From Octopus sinensis (lineage: Eukaryota): a stretch of DNA of 64,000 nucleotides. How positions within the stretch are numbered: position 1 is the stretch's first letter; each line of letters opens with the position of its first letter. Made by a program: the position numbers and the translations under genes. The notes beneath the pieces are model-generated. The model was not told the DNA's origin. It was given only the letters and a program-made list of their open reading frames with translations, and did no database searches. This document shows, piece after piece, positions 51,600-64,000 of this stretch. Location: the NCBI RefSeq assembly GCF_006345805.1, contig NC_042997.1, forward strand, positions 17,794,001 through 17,858,000, written 5' to 3'.

Positions 51600-52330
51600 C
51601 ACCATTCACTTGGAGAGAAAAGGTTTTGTTGCCAATAGAGTTTATTTTTCCCTTTTCATCACACTATCAATTATGATCCGAAGACACTCACTTTTACTGC
51701 TAGTTAGATATCATAAGTAAGACTAAGACAAGATGTCTTCTACTCTTTGAGCAAGTTTACCAGGATTTCAAAAATGTTTTGTTGGTGTTCTTCCTTTTAA
51801 CCAATCCAATGCATCTAGCCCTTCTTTTCTGTCAGGGCTGTCTATGAACCAATTGCCTAATTGCATCTCTTGTGCACCCATAATTTACATTGGGTACACA
51901 GCACAGGATTCCTACCTACAACTGATCATAGATATTCTCTTGGTAGCAATAGAGTTCTGTATTCTTATTTGCTAACTAGAAGTTTAACTGTTGACAGTTT
52001 TACTTATGGAAGGGCCAGTATATAGGAATTCCAATGGATAGCATGTGATAACCTGGAGAACTATAATGAAGGGGCTGAAAACTTGCCCCTAATGGAGACA
52101 TACATGTAAGCTAAATTCTTTAATGAACTTGTTGCTAATTCTCATCTTGCTAACAGCATGCTACACATAGTGGGTACAGCTCTCACAAGCCAGTCTGCTA
52201 TACCCAGTTTTCTCAGTAAACACTAAACTGCAAGATGAAAGACCCTGTCAAAGATTTTCTTCCGAGTAATTGAATGCTAGGTAGTACAGTGGCTTGTTCT
52301 TAACTGAGAACTTCTGTGGATTTGATTGTA
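51600..52330 (-). mobile_element. RTE-clade LINE reverse transcriptase remnant
   Basis: The minus strand reads KPLYYLAF..KIFDRV...LRKLGIADWLVRAV..M...H*GQVFSP, with a later HKRC zinc-finger-like remnant. Degenerate. Confidence 0.6.
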
Positions 52331-52924
52331 TAACCTTCAACTTTAATAACTAACTCTCTGTTGGGCCAACTTGAGAAAGCTTCCCCTTCTCTCTTTCTTT
52401 GCCTGTCTCTGTCTGTCTCTATCTTTCTCTCCCACTCACTCTACTTTTTCAACAATTGTGGCATTTATATGCCTCTTTCTTCTCAATATCAGTGTCATAC
52501 AGAAAAATGTTAATATATTTGCACTAGTGTAATGCATGTGCATGAATGTGTAAGTATTTAAAAACTCTGTGTATGCATGTGTATGCCATATGCTTGCATG
52601 AGTGTTTACATATGTTTATTCCAAGAAACTCAAGTGAAAATATCTTTGGAACATTTTAGAAATCTCCACTTACAACTAATGAATTGGGTTTAAAAAATGT
52701 AAATTAGGTTACTCTGTTCCTTCTTGGAAATCTCCAGAATTTTGTGGCTTTTTTGTCAATGCTTGAACCAGTGCAGGTATAAATGAAAATCTGTAATCAG
52801 AGACAAGAGCTATACATTCTTTATTAGTGCACCATAGATGCTCCTTTTTTTCATAACTTTAGACAAGACATTCACATCTACTAGACACATGACATATACA
52901 ACATATGACTAACGGTTCCTGTCT

Positions 52925-53140
52925 CATATGTATGTATGTATGTATGTATGTGTGTATGTATGTATGTATGTATGTATGTATGTATGTATGTATGCATGTA
53001 TGTATGCATGTATGTATGCATGTATAAATGCATGAATGTATGTGTGTATGTGCGTGTGTGTGTGTGGTGGTAGTGGTGGTGGTGGTTGTGGTGGTGGTGG
53101 TTGTGGGTTTGGTGGTGGTGGCGGTGGTGGTGGTGTGTGT
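52925..53140. repeat. (TATG)n plus (GTG)n microsatellites
   Basis: Read directly from the sequence. Confidence 0.9.
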
Positions 53141-54935
53141 GTGTATCTATGTATGGAAAATTAACTCAAATACATTTTCATAGACATCCAGTGTGAGATA
53201 GTTTGATTAAATTTGGAAATCTATATGCTGGAGAATTTTTTTATACAAGTGGATATCCTTTTGACTTTTAACCTCTCATCTATAGAGCAGGAATGGCACT
53301 AATTAGTAAACGAAGGACACTAAGGCAAGAAAAGTTACATGTCTTGTACAGTAGTGAGGTTTTTAATCATTATATGACCTGTATTTTTCAGAAGAATACA
53401 AGAATGCATTGTGTGTCCTCTCTGTCTAACTATCTCAACTATACATGTACACACTAATATATAGATATATATATATGCATATATACACACATGTGCACAT
53501 GTACATCATACACACATGTGCACATATGTATTTGTGTCTCTGTGTGTGGTTTTGTGTGTGTATGTATTAGGTGTGTGTGCTTACAGCTGCACACACATTG
53601 TGTTAAATTATGCCTGCAAGTAAATATTGTTTCTATTCAAAATCCATCAACTACCATATAGTTGATGTCAATATTTCACCTTTGCATGGCCAATAAAATA
53701 CCTTCCATCATGGAGTTGACTGAATTGACTGCACCACCCTCTTACAAGTGTATGGCCTTGTGCCAATGTTAGAAATCAATATTTCACTTCCTTAATCTAT
53801 GTCTTTATATGTGATAAAATCATTTTAGAAGTATCAAAATCTATTAGCTATTGACTCCTTTGAGTATTTCCATTTTTATGTTACATCTGAAGCCCATAGC
53901 CTTTAGGTGAATTATTTAAACCATGCTCTTATGATCTCCATTTAAAATTTCTACAGGTTATAATATAGATAACTTATGTTCATATGAATTTAGGGGTCAG
54001 CTGAAGTCATTAAAGGACTTTAGTAACCTTCAAATAAAATGTACCTTTAGGTCATACCAGTGTTACTGAAGTGATAAATTAATAGTTATTTGGCTGTACA
54101 TGAAAGATGGTTTAGAAGCAGTAATGTTTTAAGGCACAACACTTGCAAAAGAAAGCCTTTTTAGAATAGAAGCAAATCCAGTTGGTGACATTTGTTTTGA
54201 TTTCTAGTTCAAACCATTTTGCTTCACTTTTGAAGCTAACGTAGAAAAGAAATAGCTGTGTGGGTAGTGCATTGTACAGCATGCACGTATAAAAGAAGAG
54301 TTCAATTTAACTACACATGCTTTGTCATAATTCTTTGCAAGGCAACTCTTCAAGTTGCAGTTATAAAAAGATCATTAGAAAATAATCTTTCCTGTAACCA
54401 TATTGAGACTCTCATGTTGGGAAATTTATGCACGTTGCAAATTTTGATATCTTTTTTTCTAGTACTGTCACAGATTCCTCAATGTAAGTTTGGCCCTTGT
54501 CAGTAAGCATGTGCAAAAAATTTAAGAATTGCATAAAACTTCAGAACTCATCTTTGGCTCTTTTATTTATTTTAGTCATTGGACTATGTCCATGTTGGTG
54601 CATCACTTGGAATATCATATTGTGCTCCTATTCATGCATCAAGAATTCTAATCTATTTTTCATATTTTCACTGTTTTTCTAAATCAGATGTTTTATTTTA
54701 GGCTGATTAATTTTGTATAGCTACTGGAAATAGGAACCAGATCATAAGAGAATGCTAACTGAAATAGACATGCATCTTTAGGAGAAAATTTTGTCATTCA
54801 TGCACATCATACTATGAAACCATACTTAATTATTGGTACAGATTATAAGACATTGAAAATGAAAGCAATATCCTACAGAACATTATCATGAAAATCTAAA
54901 CTTAAATTCTCTTGGACTGAAATGTTGAAGATACA

Positions 54936-55320
54936 CATCATCATCATTGTTTAACGTCTGCTTTTCATGTTGGCATGGGTTGGATGGCGTGACTGAAGAC
55001 TGGTGAGCCAGATGACTGCACCAGGCTCCAATCTGATCTGACAGAGTTTCTACAGCAGGATGCTCTTCCTAGCGCCAACCGCTCCAAGAGTGTAGTGGGT
55101 GCTTTTACGTGCCACTGGCATGAGGGCCAGTCAGGCGGTACTGGCAATGGCCATACTCAAATGGTATTTTTTATATGCCACTTGCACAGGAGCCAGTCCA
55201 GTGGCACAGGCAGCAACGTCACTTGATTGCTGTTTTTCACACACCGCCAGCACAAATTCCAGTAAGGCAATGCTGATAATGATCATGCTTGGATGATGCT
55301 CTTAACGTTCCACTAGCACG
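54936..55320 (-). mobile_element. SINE family B
   Basis: (CAT)n-gtttaacgtctgcttttcatgttggcatgggttgga...gtgtagtgggtgctttttacgtgccac. Confidence 0.85.
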
Positions 55321-56176
55321 GTTCTTCAAAATATGAGGAATATTCTAGAAGAAATCTCACTGGAATTTTAAATATTGTGAAAACTTTTGATGGCAAGATT
55401 ACAAATGGAGAGTATGAAGAATAATGTTTTTCTTTGTTTGTTGCTTTTTTACTTCTGGATGTTGCAAGGATTTCCATTTTGCTGAACTTGTTTTCTCTTT
55501 GTCAAATTCACTTAATCACATCCAATTTTCTTCTTCTCTACGCCCATACTCTATTTTTCCTACAACATTCCCCTTTCTTTTTGGATTAAACATTGCTTTT
55601 CTTGGAACTTCTTTGCTGTCTGTATCTTCCCACTAAGAATTATCAAATGACAATTACAGCCACTGCTGCTACAACAGCTGTAACAAGAACAATATTAACG
55701 AATGAAAGAGTGAACAATAGATGGAGAACTGTCTTAGCCTTGGCACAGAAAAGTTGATAAAAATTATAATAAAAGAAAAATGTTTAGCAATTGAAATTAA
55801 AATTTGAAATAATTTAAAGCAACATGTAATGTGAAAGGTCAGGGAGAGAAGCAATTTAAGCTAATAAGCTTGCTTCTCATGTTTCAAATAAACTGAAACT
55901 TGTAAAAAAAAACTGTATTAAAGAGAGGGAGAAATAACTAGAAACTTTAAAAAAGTTAAAAATCACACACACGCGCGCACACACACACACATTCATACAC
56001 ACACACACACACACACACTATAACTAGAATGGAAGAAAAGAAATTTTGAAAAGTTAAAGGAAATTTAATACCTAAATTTGTAAAAATTTGTATTTTATGT
56101 TATCCCATTAGTAATAATTTCATGAACTTCAAACCAATAATAATAATAATGATAGTTGTTGTTGCTGTTATTGTTA

Positions 56177-56220
<44 letters not shown>

Positions 56221-56359
56221 GTAAATTTTTAGCTTAAGTTATGGCTTCTTTTTTCTTATAAGCATTAGCATTTATGAGAGTAATTTTTACTTCAGAAAAG
56301 ATTCTCAATGATTCTCTTGAAGAAATTAGAATAAATTAGAAAGTTTTAATTAAATTTAG

Positions 56360-56461
<102 letters not shown>

Positions 56462-57779
56462 TAAGTATATATATATACATATGTATGTATGCATGTATAT
56501 TAAAGTATGTGGTTGCTTTGGGTTTTATGGTTCACTTTTTACTTTACTAAAACTTTAATCAGACATCCATTCTAGCATTGTAATTTGGAAATTTTTGGGG
56601 AACATTATTGATAATGAAATATGATGTACATCTTTAGCAAAAAAAAAAAAAGAAAGAGATGGAAAAAGGAAAATAAAAAAAAGAATTACCAATTACTTTG
56701 TCAGATTTTAATGCCCATTCAAGAACATTGTTATGATAATCTTGGCTCTCTTTGAATTCCATTGCAGTTGAGTCATCGTGCCTAAAGTCTATTTTACCAG
56801 TTGCATGTGAAAACTCCTGGGAGAAGTTCTATGAAAGAAAGGAAAATAAGTAAACAAATAAAACCTGCACCAACTAACAAGTTTTCTTCTTGAAGCTGTA
56901 AAACTACTTTGAGTAATGACAGCCACAAATAGTTGGTGGAGCAAAAATTTAAAAATATTATCTCCCATTGGAATTATAAGAATAATGGTCATTTTCAATA
57001 TCTTAAATTACTCAAATAGGATGATAGAATGAGAGAAAGGGAGAGTTGGATATTTATAATATTGATTGCAAAAATATCTCTTGATGTTTTTATCTATTTA
57101 TTTTTAATGTGTATTTTACTTGAATTTTCAGTGTTGCATACAGAATAAAGATTATAGTTGTTGTTGATATTGTGATGGTGGTTGTAGTAGTAGTGGGGTG
57201 CAGACAATATTGCTAAATCTTCATGATTCATAGATTTATTTTTGTATTTGACAGACATGATTAAGTTCTTATGGATAGTTCAATGTAAGTAGCTGTTAAC
57301 TTTCTGTCAGGTTTATCGCAATACTTTCCTTCAACAACTCCTAAATGGTAACAGTCAGGCTAATATGCTTTATATCATTTTCCTGAGAGCAATTGTATCA
57401 ACAATAAAATAGATACTATTTATACTATTTACTGACTTGTGTGCTTCTAACATGAAATATAAGAAAGCTGATAACTTTATCTTATTCAATAAACATTTGA
57501 TTAATCGAAAAATACGTCCACTCTCACCAGATTTTTGTCATTATCAGAATTTAATGACACACACACACACACACACATGGAATTAAGTAAATAACAGGGG
57601 AGGGGAACAGGAATTTGACTTCTAATATCAGATTATTAGTTTTGTAATGCATAAAAGAAATTTTAATATGCATACACACACACACATACATGTATAATTA
57701 CATTGTTTACTGCTCCATTATAGGTAGGATCAACAAATAATGCACTCTATTCAGTGAGAGATAAATAATTTAATAATAA

Positions 57780-58173
57780 TCTTTATATATAAAAGTGAGA
57801 TTGTGTGGTGTCTGTCTCCTACGATTTAGATTCCTAACTACTCGCACATTTTGCGGTGCAGTTTAACCAAAAGCGGGTATCTTATAGTCGTGATTCATAT
57901 CGAGCCCTTCTGGGTATTAGTGCTCGTCTACGATGAGTCTACGATTTAAAAAAAATTTACCATCAATTTTTCCCATTTCTAATGCATTTTTGGCATATAT
58001 AAGGGAAGTAACTCTCTAAAAATTTATTATTAAATCTCAGAACATAAAAAGCTATAGTAACACCCCCCTTTGTGGTTAGCCATATTGAGATGGCTATTAT
58101 ACTTTACATCTCTAAAAATGCTTATATAGTTATTTCCCTTACAAACCCGAGCAACGCCGGGCGATACTGCTAG
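57780..58173 (+). mobile_element. Complete non-autonomous Helitron, 394 bp
   Basis: The 5' end is A|TCTTTATATATAAAAG. The 3' end is CCCGaGC-aac-GCCGGG hairpin, 8 nt, then CTAG|T. Inserted at an AT dinucleotide with no TSD. Confidence 0.85.
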
Positions 58174-58609
58174 TAATTTATAAAAGAGTTACTAATAGAT
58201 TCCTACTGTAGAGATACTTTAATTTAGCAGATATATATAACATGCCATGTGTATCCAAGCAATCTTCCAGGCTCAGTGAATACCATTAGACCTATTTGAA
58301 AATCAGGATGATAGTCAATGAGAATATATGAGAAAAAAGCAGGGAGAAAAATGTGAAGAAGGTTGATGCAAAAAGTGAAATGAGAAGAAAGAAAAGAAAA
58401 GTAAGAAAACCAAGATCGTCATTTGCCTTGTCTGTAGAAATTATAATTAATCCAGTTGGTGTAGAATAATATAATGGAGGGGAGGTCAATGTCTGTAAGA
58501 TAGCTACTCAATCTGGAAAGAGTGGTGTCTTCTAATTTGCATTTGCTAAAAATTTTGGGTTAACTTTCCCATTTTTTCCCTCTTTTTTTTTTCTCATGTT
58601 TTCTCATAG

Positions 58610-59590
58610 ACCAGCATCCTGGTTTTCAAATAGGTATAATGGCATGCACCGAGCCTGAAAAATTTCTTGAAGACACATCACATGTTATATAAGAAGCAAA
58701 AGAAAAGGGAGAGTTTAAACAAAACAGACAAAATGAGACTTTGAATAGATGGAAAGAAAAGAAAATGTATGGTCAATTCTTGCAGGAAATGCCTGAACAG
58801 TCGACAAAGATAAGATCTGGGAATGGACTAGGTAAAGTGACTTGAATCTTGAAACTGAAGCCCTTATCTTTGCAGCCTGAGAACAGGCACTGAGAACAAA
58901 CTATATCAATTTCAATCTTGACAAGCCAGGGACTTCCTCACTTGGTAGGGTGAGTGTTGAGAAAGGTGAAACAACAAACCTTATTATTAGTGAATGTAAG
59001 ATGCTCACACAAAAAGAGTACAAGGGGAGGCATCACTGAAGCTCTGTTATAAGTATGACATGAGCAGAAGTGGGAAATGGTATGAGCATCAACTGGAAAA
59101 GGTTGCTGAAAATGAGCAATATAAGATCCTGTGGGACATGACCATCCAGTGTGACCATTTTATTGTAGTGAGAAACCTAACAGTGTTGTCATAGAAATGA
59201 AGAACAAAGCATTTACTCTGGACATTGGTTCATTGTAGGACCATAAATTATATGAAAAGGAAAGTGAGAAAGTGGAGAAATATCAGGAGCTGAAGCAAAA
59301 AATCAGGTGACTATGGAGAATCAGGCACATAGAAGTAGTTGGCACACTGGGAGCAGTTAGTAAAAGGTTGGATGCATGATTTGAGAAGTTAGGAATTACC
59401 ATCAGAATGAGGTTGTTTCAGAAAACAGCCTTGTTAGGACGAGCAAGGATTCTAAGGAAGGTGCTAGAAAGTTGAAGAAGGAATGACCCAAAGGACCTTT
59501 GACTATTTGATGTGGCTTGATCTTTTGGTATAGTGTTGGTATAACATCTGCTAAAGCAAAACCATCAATGAAAATAATAATAATAATAAT
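58610..59590 (+). mobile_element. R4/Dong-clade non-LTR retrotransposon, 5'-truncated, decayed
   Basis: RWKEKKMYGQF..WEW...ETEALIFAA*EQALRTNY...ET..LIISECKML.QKEYK...WYEHQLEKVAENEQYKILWD..IQCDH...KESEKVEKYQEL...VGTLG...QKTALLG.ARILRKVL, then a (TAA)n tail. This is a restriction-like endonuclease region. Confidence 0.88.
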
Positions 59591-59603
59591 GGTAATAACA
59601 AAA

Positions 59604-59638
<35 letters not shown>

Positions 59639-60644
59639 AATACAGTAGATAAGAGAGAGACGAGAGAAAGGAAGATGATAGCTGGGTGATAGCTAGGTAT
59701 GTAGCAAGAGCATATGGGGAGAATGAGAGATGTGATGATAAGGATGGAGGTACTTAGGAGTGAGTTGACAGGAAGTGGTTCTGCACTGAGGGTGAAATAA
59801 CTGGTAGTACAGAAGAATGATCAGTGAAAAATGTGAGTGGATTGAGATTTAAAAGGATGGATGGATGTTAAAGGAAATGGTTCCTAGTGGTAGGAGAGAT
59901 TATAAGTATTTCAGAGAGGGATAATGAAATATGTAGTTCTGCTCACATTTAATCACAGCAGCAGAATACTGCAGTAGTTAAGAGAGTGATGGCAGGATCA
60001 GTGATATGGAGATGAGGAAGTGGTAAAGAAGGCACGATAGGGGAAAATTGATTGAGGGCCCAGTTCTGTGTATGCACAGTATGCATCCAGAGCTTCATGT
60101 TTGTCATGATGAGAGAGTGTTCTTGAACACTGCATATCACCAATCATCTTGGCAATGATAACAACAAAGTGAAATGAAGCTCAATCAAAAATATGAAAAT
60201 AGAAGTGTCTTCAGTGTTTCAAGCTTAAGTTCTTCTTAGAAAGAAATGAAAGTGTAAAAAGAAAGATAGAGAAAGAAACAAGGGTAATGGAGAAGAACAT
60301 TTGATTCTGCCACAGTATGATATAAATGAAGAAAGGTTAGAGTAAATGGAAGTGAAAGGAAAAGATCGAAGTTTCGTAAGTAAGAGAGTAATAAGGGAGG
60401 TAACGGTGATACAGTGTGCATGATTGTGTGTGTGCATGTATGTTGCACAGTTTGTTATGGATATGTGCATATGCATGTGCTTTGGTTTGTTTATGTATGG
60501 ATGGTGTGTAAACATGTGGAGTAAATGATATTATGCGGCATGTGGCATGTAGATATAATCCCATGCATACATATATACACACACACACACACCTATAAGT
60601 ATATACATACATTTATTTTGTATGTATATATCCTCCTCCTCCTC

Positions 60645-60819
60645 ATCATCATCATCATCATCATCATCCATTTTCCATGATGGCATGAGTTGGATGGTTT
60701 GATGGCATGAAGCTGGCAATCTGGAGAGCTGCACCTGGTTCCAGTCTGATTTGGCTTGATTTCAATAGCTCGATACCCTTCCTAATGCCAACCACTTTAC
60801 AGTGTGTGCTGGGTACTTT

Positions 60820-60854
<35 letters not shown>

Positions 60855-61065
60855 CACACATTTGTATATAGACATATATGTATATATACATATAGCATGG
60901 TGAGGTGCAGGCATGACTGTATGCTAAGAAGCTTGCTTCCCAACTACATGGTTCTGGATTCAGTCCTACTGCATGACACCATGGACAATTGTCCTCTTGT
61001 ATAGCCCCAGGCTGACCAAATCCTCGTGAGGGATTGTGTGAACAGAAACTGAAAGAAGTCCATCA
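60645..61065. mobile_element. Adjacent decayed SINE B (minus, about 60645-60820) and SINE A head (plus, about 60900-61065)
   Basis: Similar to the better copies of both families in this window. Confidence 0.65.
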
Positions 61066-62599
61066 CACACACACACACACTGCCTGTGTGTGTGTGTGTG
61101 TCTGGTTAGAGAAATTTGTTTCTGACTCGTATGGCAACAGTTTCAGTTCCTCTATGTAGCGAGTATCTTCTACTGTAACACCTGGCTCACTAAAACCTTG
61201 GAAGTGCATTAGGTAGATAGAATCTGAAAGAAGTCCATTGTATATATGTATGTGTGCGTGAGTGTCATAGTGTGTTTCTGTCTTGGTGTCATGTGATAGT
61301 TGTAAATGAGCATCACTGTCATACAAGTGGTGTCCTTTATTTCCAATCTTCTGTGAAAACATGTCTAACCAAAGGGAATTATTATCTTACTTAGAAACAG
61401 GTAAGGATTGGTAACAGAAAGGTACCCACCCATAGAAAATCTATCTCAGTGACTTTTGTCTGACCCATGTGTGTGTGTGAAAAAGTGGATGTTGAAACAA
61501 TAATGATGATGATGAGGAGGAGGATGCTGATGATGATATGTATTCACACAAACTTATACACATATGCACGTATATGTGACTTCATAGTAATTACATACAT
61601 GTAATAATGTTATGAAGACCCCTTAAGTAAACCAAATGTGAAGCCCAAATAGGAAGATCCATATTTGTATTGAAGAATGTAAACTTCAATATAAGATTAT
61701 CAATATTCCTGCAAATTGAAGGGTGTAGGTTTAGTAGTGCTGAAAAGTTAGCAGCCTAAATAGAATTTAATTCTATTTAGCTTCCCTCCTCTGCCTTCTG
61801 GATTCAAATCTTGTCGTGGTCAATTGCAAGCTTCTATTCCGGAATGGATGTACTTATTATCAATCATATGCTAAAGTTAATTCATTTGATTGTGCCTCTA
61901 CATTGCCAGAATTAAATTTGTACTTTAATAAAAGGTGATATTATGAATGAAAGATTTATTGGTAGGACAGAGAAAATTGGTTTGCTTTGCTAGATATATC
62001 AGGCAAATCTTTCTCAAATCCAAACTTAATTTCCTCAAAAAAAAAAAAAAGGATGGATACATTAGAGAATATAGTCCAAGATGTTCAGAAATTGGGATGG
62101 TCTCTATTGGAGTGTATTTGCTTGATTATGTTGACCTGTGTCTAAACAGAACAACAACAGTTGTCATATTATTAAATGAGCCAATGATGGAAATTCTATG
62201 TGGTTGCTTAACTTAAAAGAAATAGCAGTCTCTCAAAGCTAACACTACAATCTTAAAAACATTAAATGATTGAATCCTAAAAAATTATGTCTGGGAAAAC
62301 ATATAGTTCGCATAAATGGGACCACTTTGATCATAGGTTTGTTCATTCAAGACAAACCTGGTGAAAAACAAAACTCATTATTTGAAATTTCAGGTCCAGA
62401 AATATTCAATTCGAGCAACTCCATCTCTTCCTCAAATTTGAAGAAGTGGTAGTGTTGATTGAATTAACTACAATACTTTATGGCATTTTATTTTATTGAT
62501 TTTTGGCTTTGAAATGATAAAAAAGTAGAAGTGAACCTAGGCAAGATTTGAACTTATAATATAAGAAAAAATATGAAAGAATATCGATTGCAAATTTTA

Positions 62600-62800
62600 G
62601 CCCAAGGCCAGCAATTTTGAGGGAGGGGATAATTTGATTTCATTGACCCCAGTGTTCAACTGGTACTTATTTTATTAGTCCCAAAAGGGATGAAAGATAA
62701 AACTGACCCTGGCAACATTTGAACTCAGAAGGTAAAGTCAGAAGAAATGCAGCTAAGCCTTTTTCTGGCATGGTAATGATTCTGCCAGCTTACCATCAAA
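62600..62800. mobile_element. Decayed SINE-like repeat, a further family
   Basis: gaccccagtgttcaactggtacttattttattagtcccaaaagggatgaaag..aaa.tgaccct...atttgaactcag is a motif I recognise from invertebrate SINE bodies. Confidence 0.5.
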
Positions 62801-64000
62801 GAATATTAATTGATGTTAGTATTTTTACAAGACATCATTTTCTTTTAGATTCGATCAGCTTACATAAATATGCCAGTCTATAACAAATTCACTTTCAGTC
62901 ATCTTCCAGAATCTTAAATGTGTTGTATAATGCTATGAAAACAAGAAAATTACTAATATCAAAGATTGATTCCAAAACCTTTAATGCAGATCAATGTAAT
63001 TTTCTATTTAGTGCAATTGATAAGTGTTGATCTTTGAACATACTTGCCTCCTAGAGACATTTCTGATAAATAAAACGGCTTCTTATGAGACAGGATATAA
63101 GAGGTAATGTGATATTTCCTTATATTCAAGTTCAACTTGGGAAACCTCTCAAATTAAATCTTTATCCTGTTATTCAGTTCAGATCTCTGAATTTACTTTT
63201 GTAGAGATTCTTTGTTGATAAAACAGGAGACTTTTGATGAAATGCTTACTGGCAATTGTTTATTAATGGAAAGTTGTTCCATAAAACTACTGGTTGACTT
63301 GCTGCTTTTTTCAGGATAACTAGATTTAATTTCCCTTGGTAATGGCTTCTGTTTGCTGGTGGGCCACAAACTCAATGTCCTGATTACTTGATTAAGTTCA
63401 TCGTTTATTCTAGTATATTACAAGTAATTATTTTATCAATACAAGATGGAGTAATGGCTGTGATAACATTGATTGGATTCAAACACTGAACTGTTGATTT
63501 TCTATTGCTGTTGCTTAGCTTCAGGTTAACCCTCCAGGACCATCCTGTTATTCTTTTTATGGATATCTATGACTAAATGACTATATTATCAAATGTTGCC
63601 ATTCTCTTTCTCACGACAATATGGTATAATTTCAGCAAGAGTTTACTGTTCGAACATGTTCTGTGACTAAGTAAAGTCTCACTCACTGGCCTGTCTTTTA
63701 TAAAAACTTTCAGCATGTATCCATTATCCACTTGCATAAAACTAAATCATGTAACAGCAATAAACCTTCTATAATCTCATTTATATTCAAACCCTCCAGT
63801 AGAGTCAATTGCACATTGTGATTAAAGAAAAATCTTTGTTTGAAATTTTAAATCCTTGATAAAAAGTTTAACCACTCCCTTTTAATTTGCTGTCAAACAA
63901 TTGTATTTTCTCTTTTCAAGATGGGATCATAACAATTCTGTCTTGGAATAAAGAAAGAAATGAATAAAATAAGGGCAGAGAGCACTGTTTACTTTCACCA

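Noticed and set aside
61756-61780. 12-bp perfect hairpin CTAAATAGAATT-t-AATTCTATTTAG
   Set aside because: Short and AT-rich, inside a decayed repeat, and expected occasionally by chance in 64 kb of this composition.
63193-63410. Ser/Lys-rich minus-strand open frame of about 70 codons
   Set aside because: Weak acceptor, no recognisable domain, and neighbouring frames are riddled with stops. It could be a decayed element.

Overview
AT-rich, microsatellite-laden eukaryotic DNA. The SINE families and the density of (TA)n/(CA)n/(GAT)n runs look like a cephalopod (Octopus-like) genome; this is recognition, not a database result. I found no protein-coding gene I can support; almost all ORFs in the track are translated microsatellites or decayed transposases. 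The window is intronic or intergenic and made of transposable elements: a full-length decayed Chapaev3-type DNA transposon (CACTGG TIRs, TTA TSD), two full-length decayed Tc1/mariner elements (DD34D and DD41D-type), mariner fragments, a compact non-autonomous Helitron, a head-to-tail dimer of a 1.2 kb Helitron-like unit carrying a SINE, an R4/Dong LINE 3' end, RTE LINE remnants, Penelope-like remnants and many tRNA-type SINEs. The most notable observations are: a minimal type I hammerhead ribozyme motif (1530-1577, minus strand); three long fold-back palindromes within 8 kb, one centred on the stem II of a half hammerhead; and a full-length U6 snRNA pseudogene abutting a SINE 5' end. Coordinates of decayed elements are approximate.
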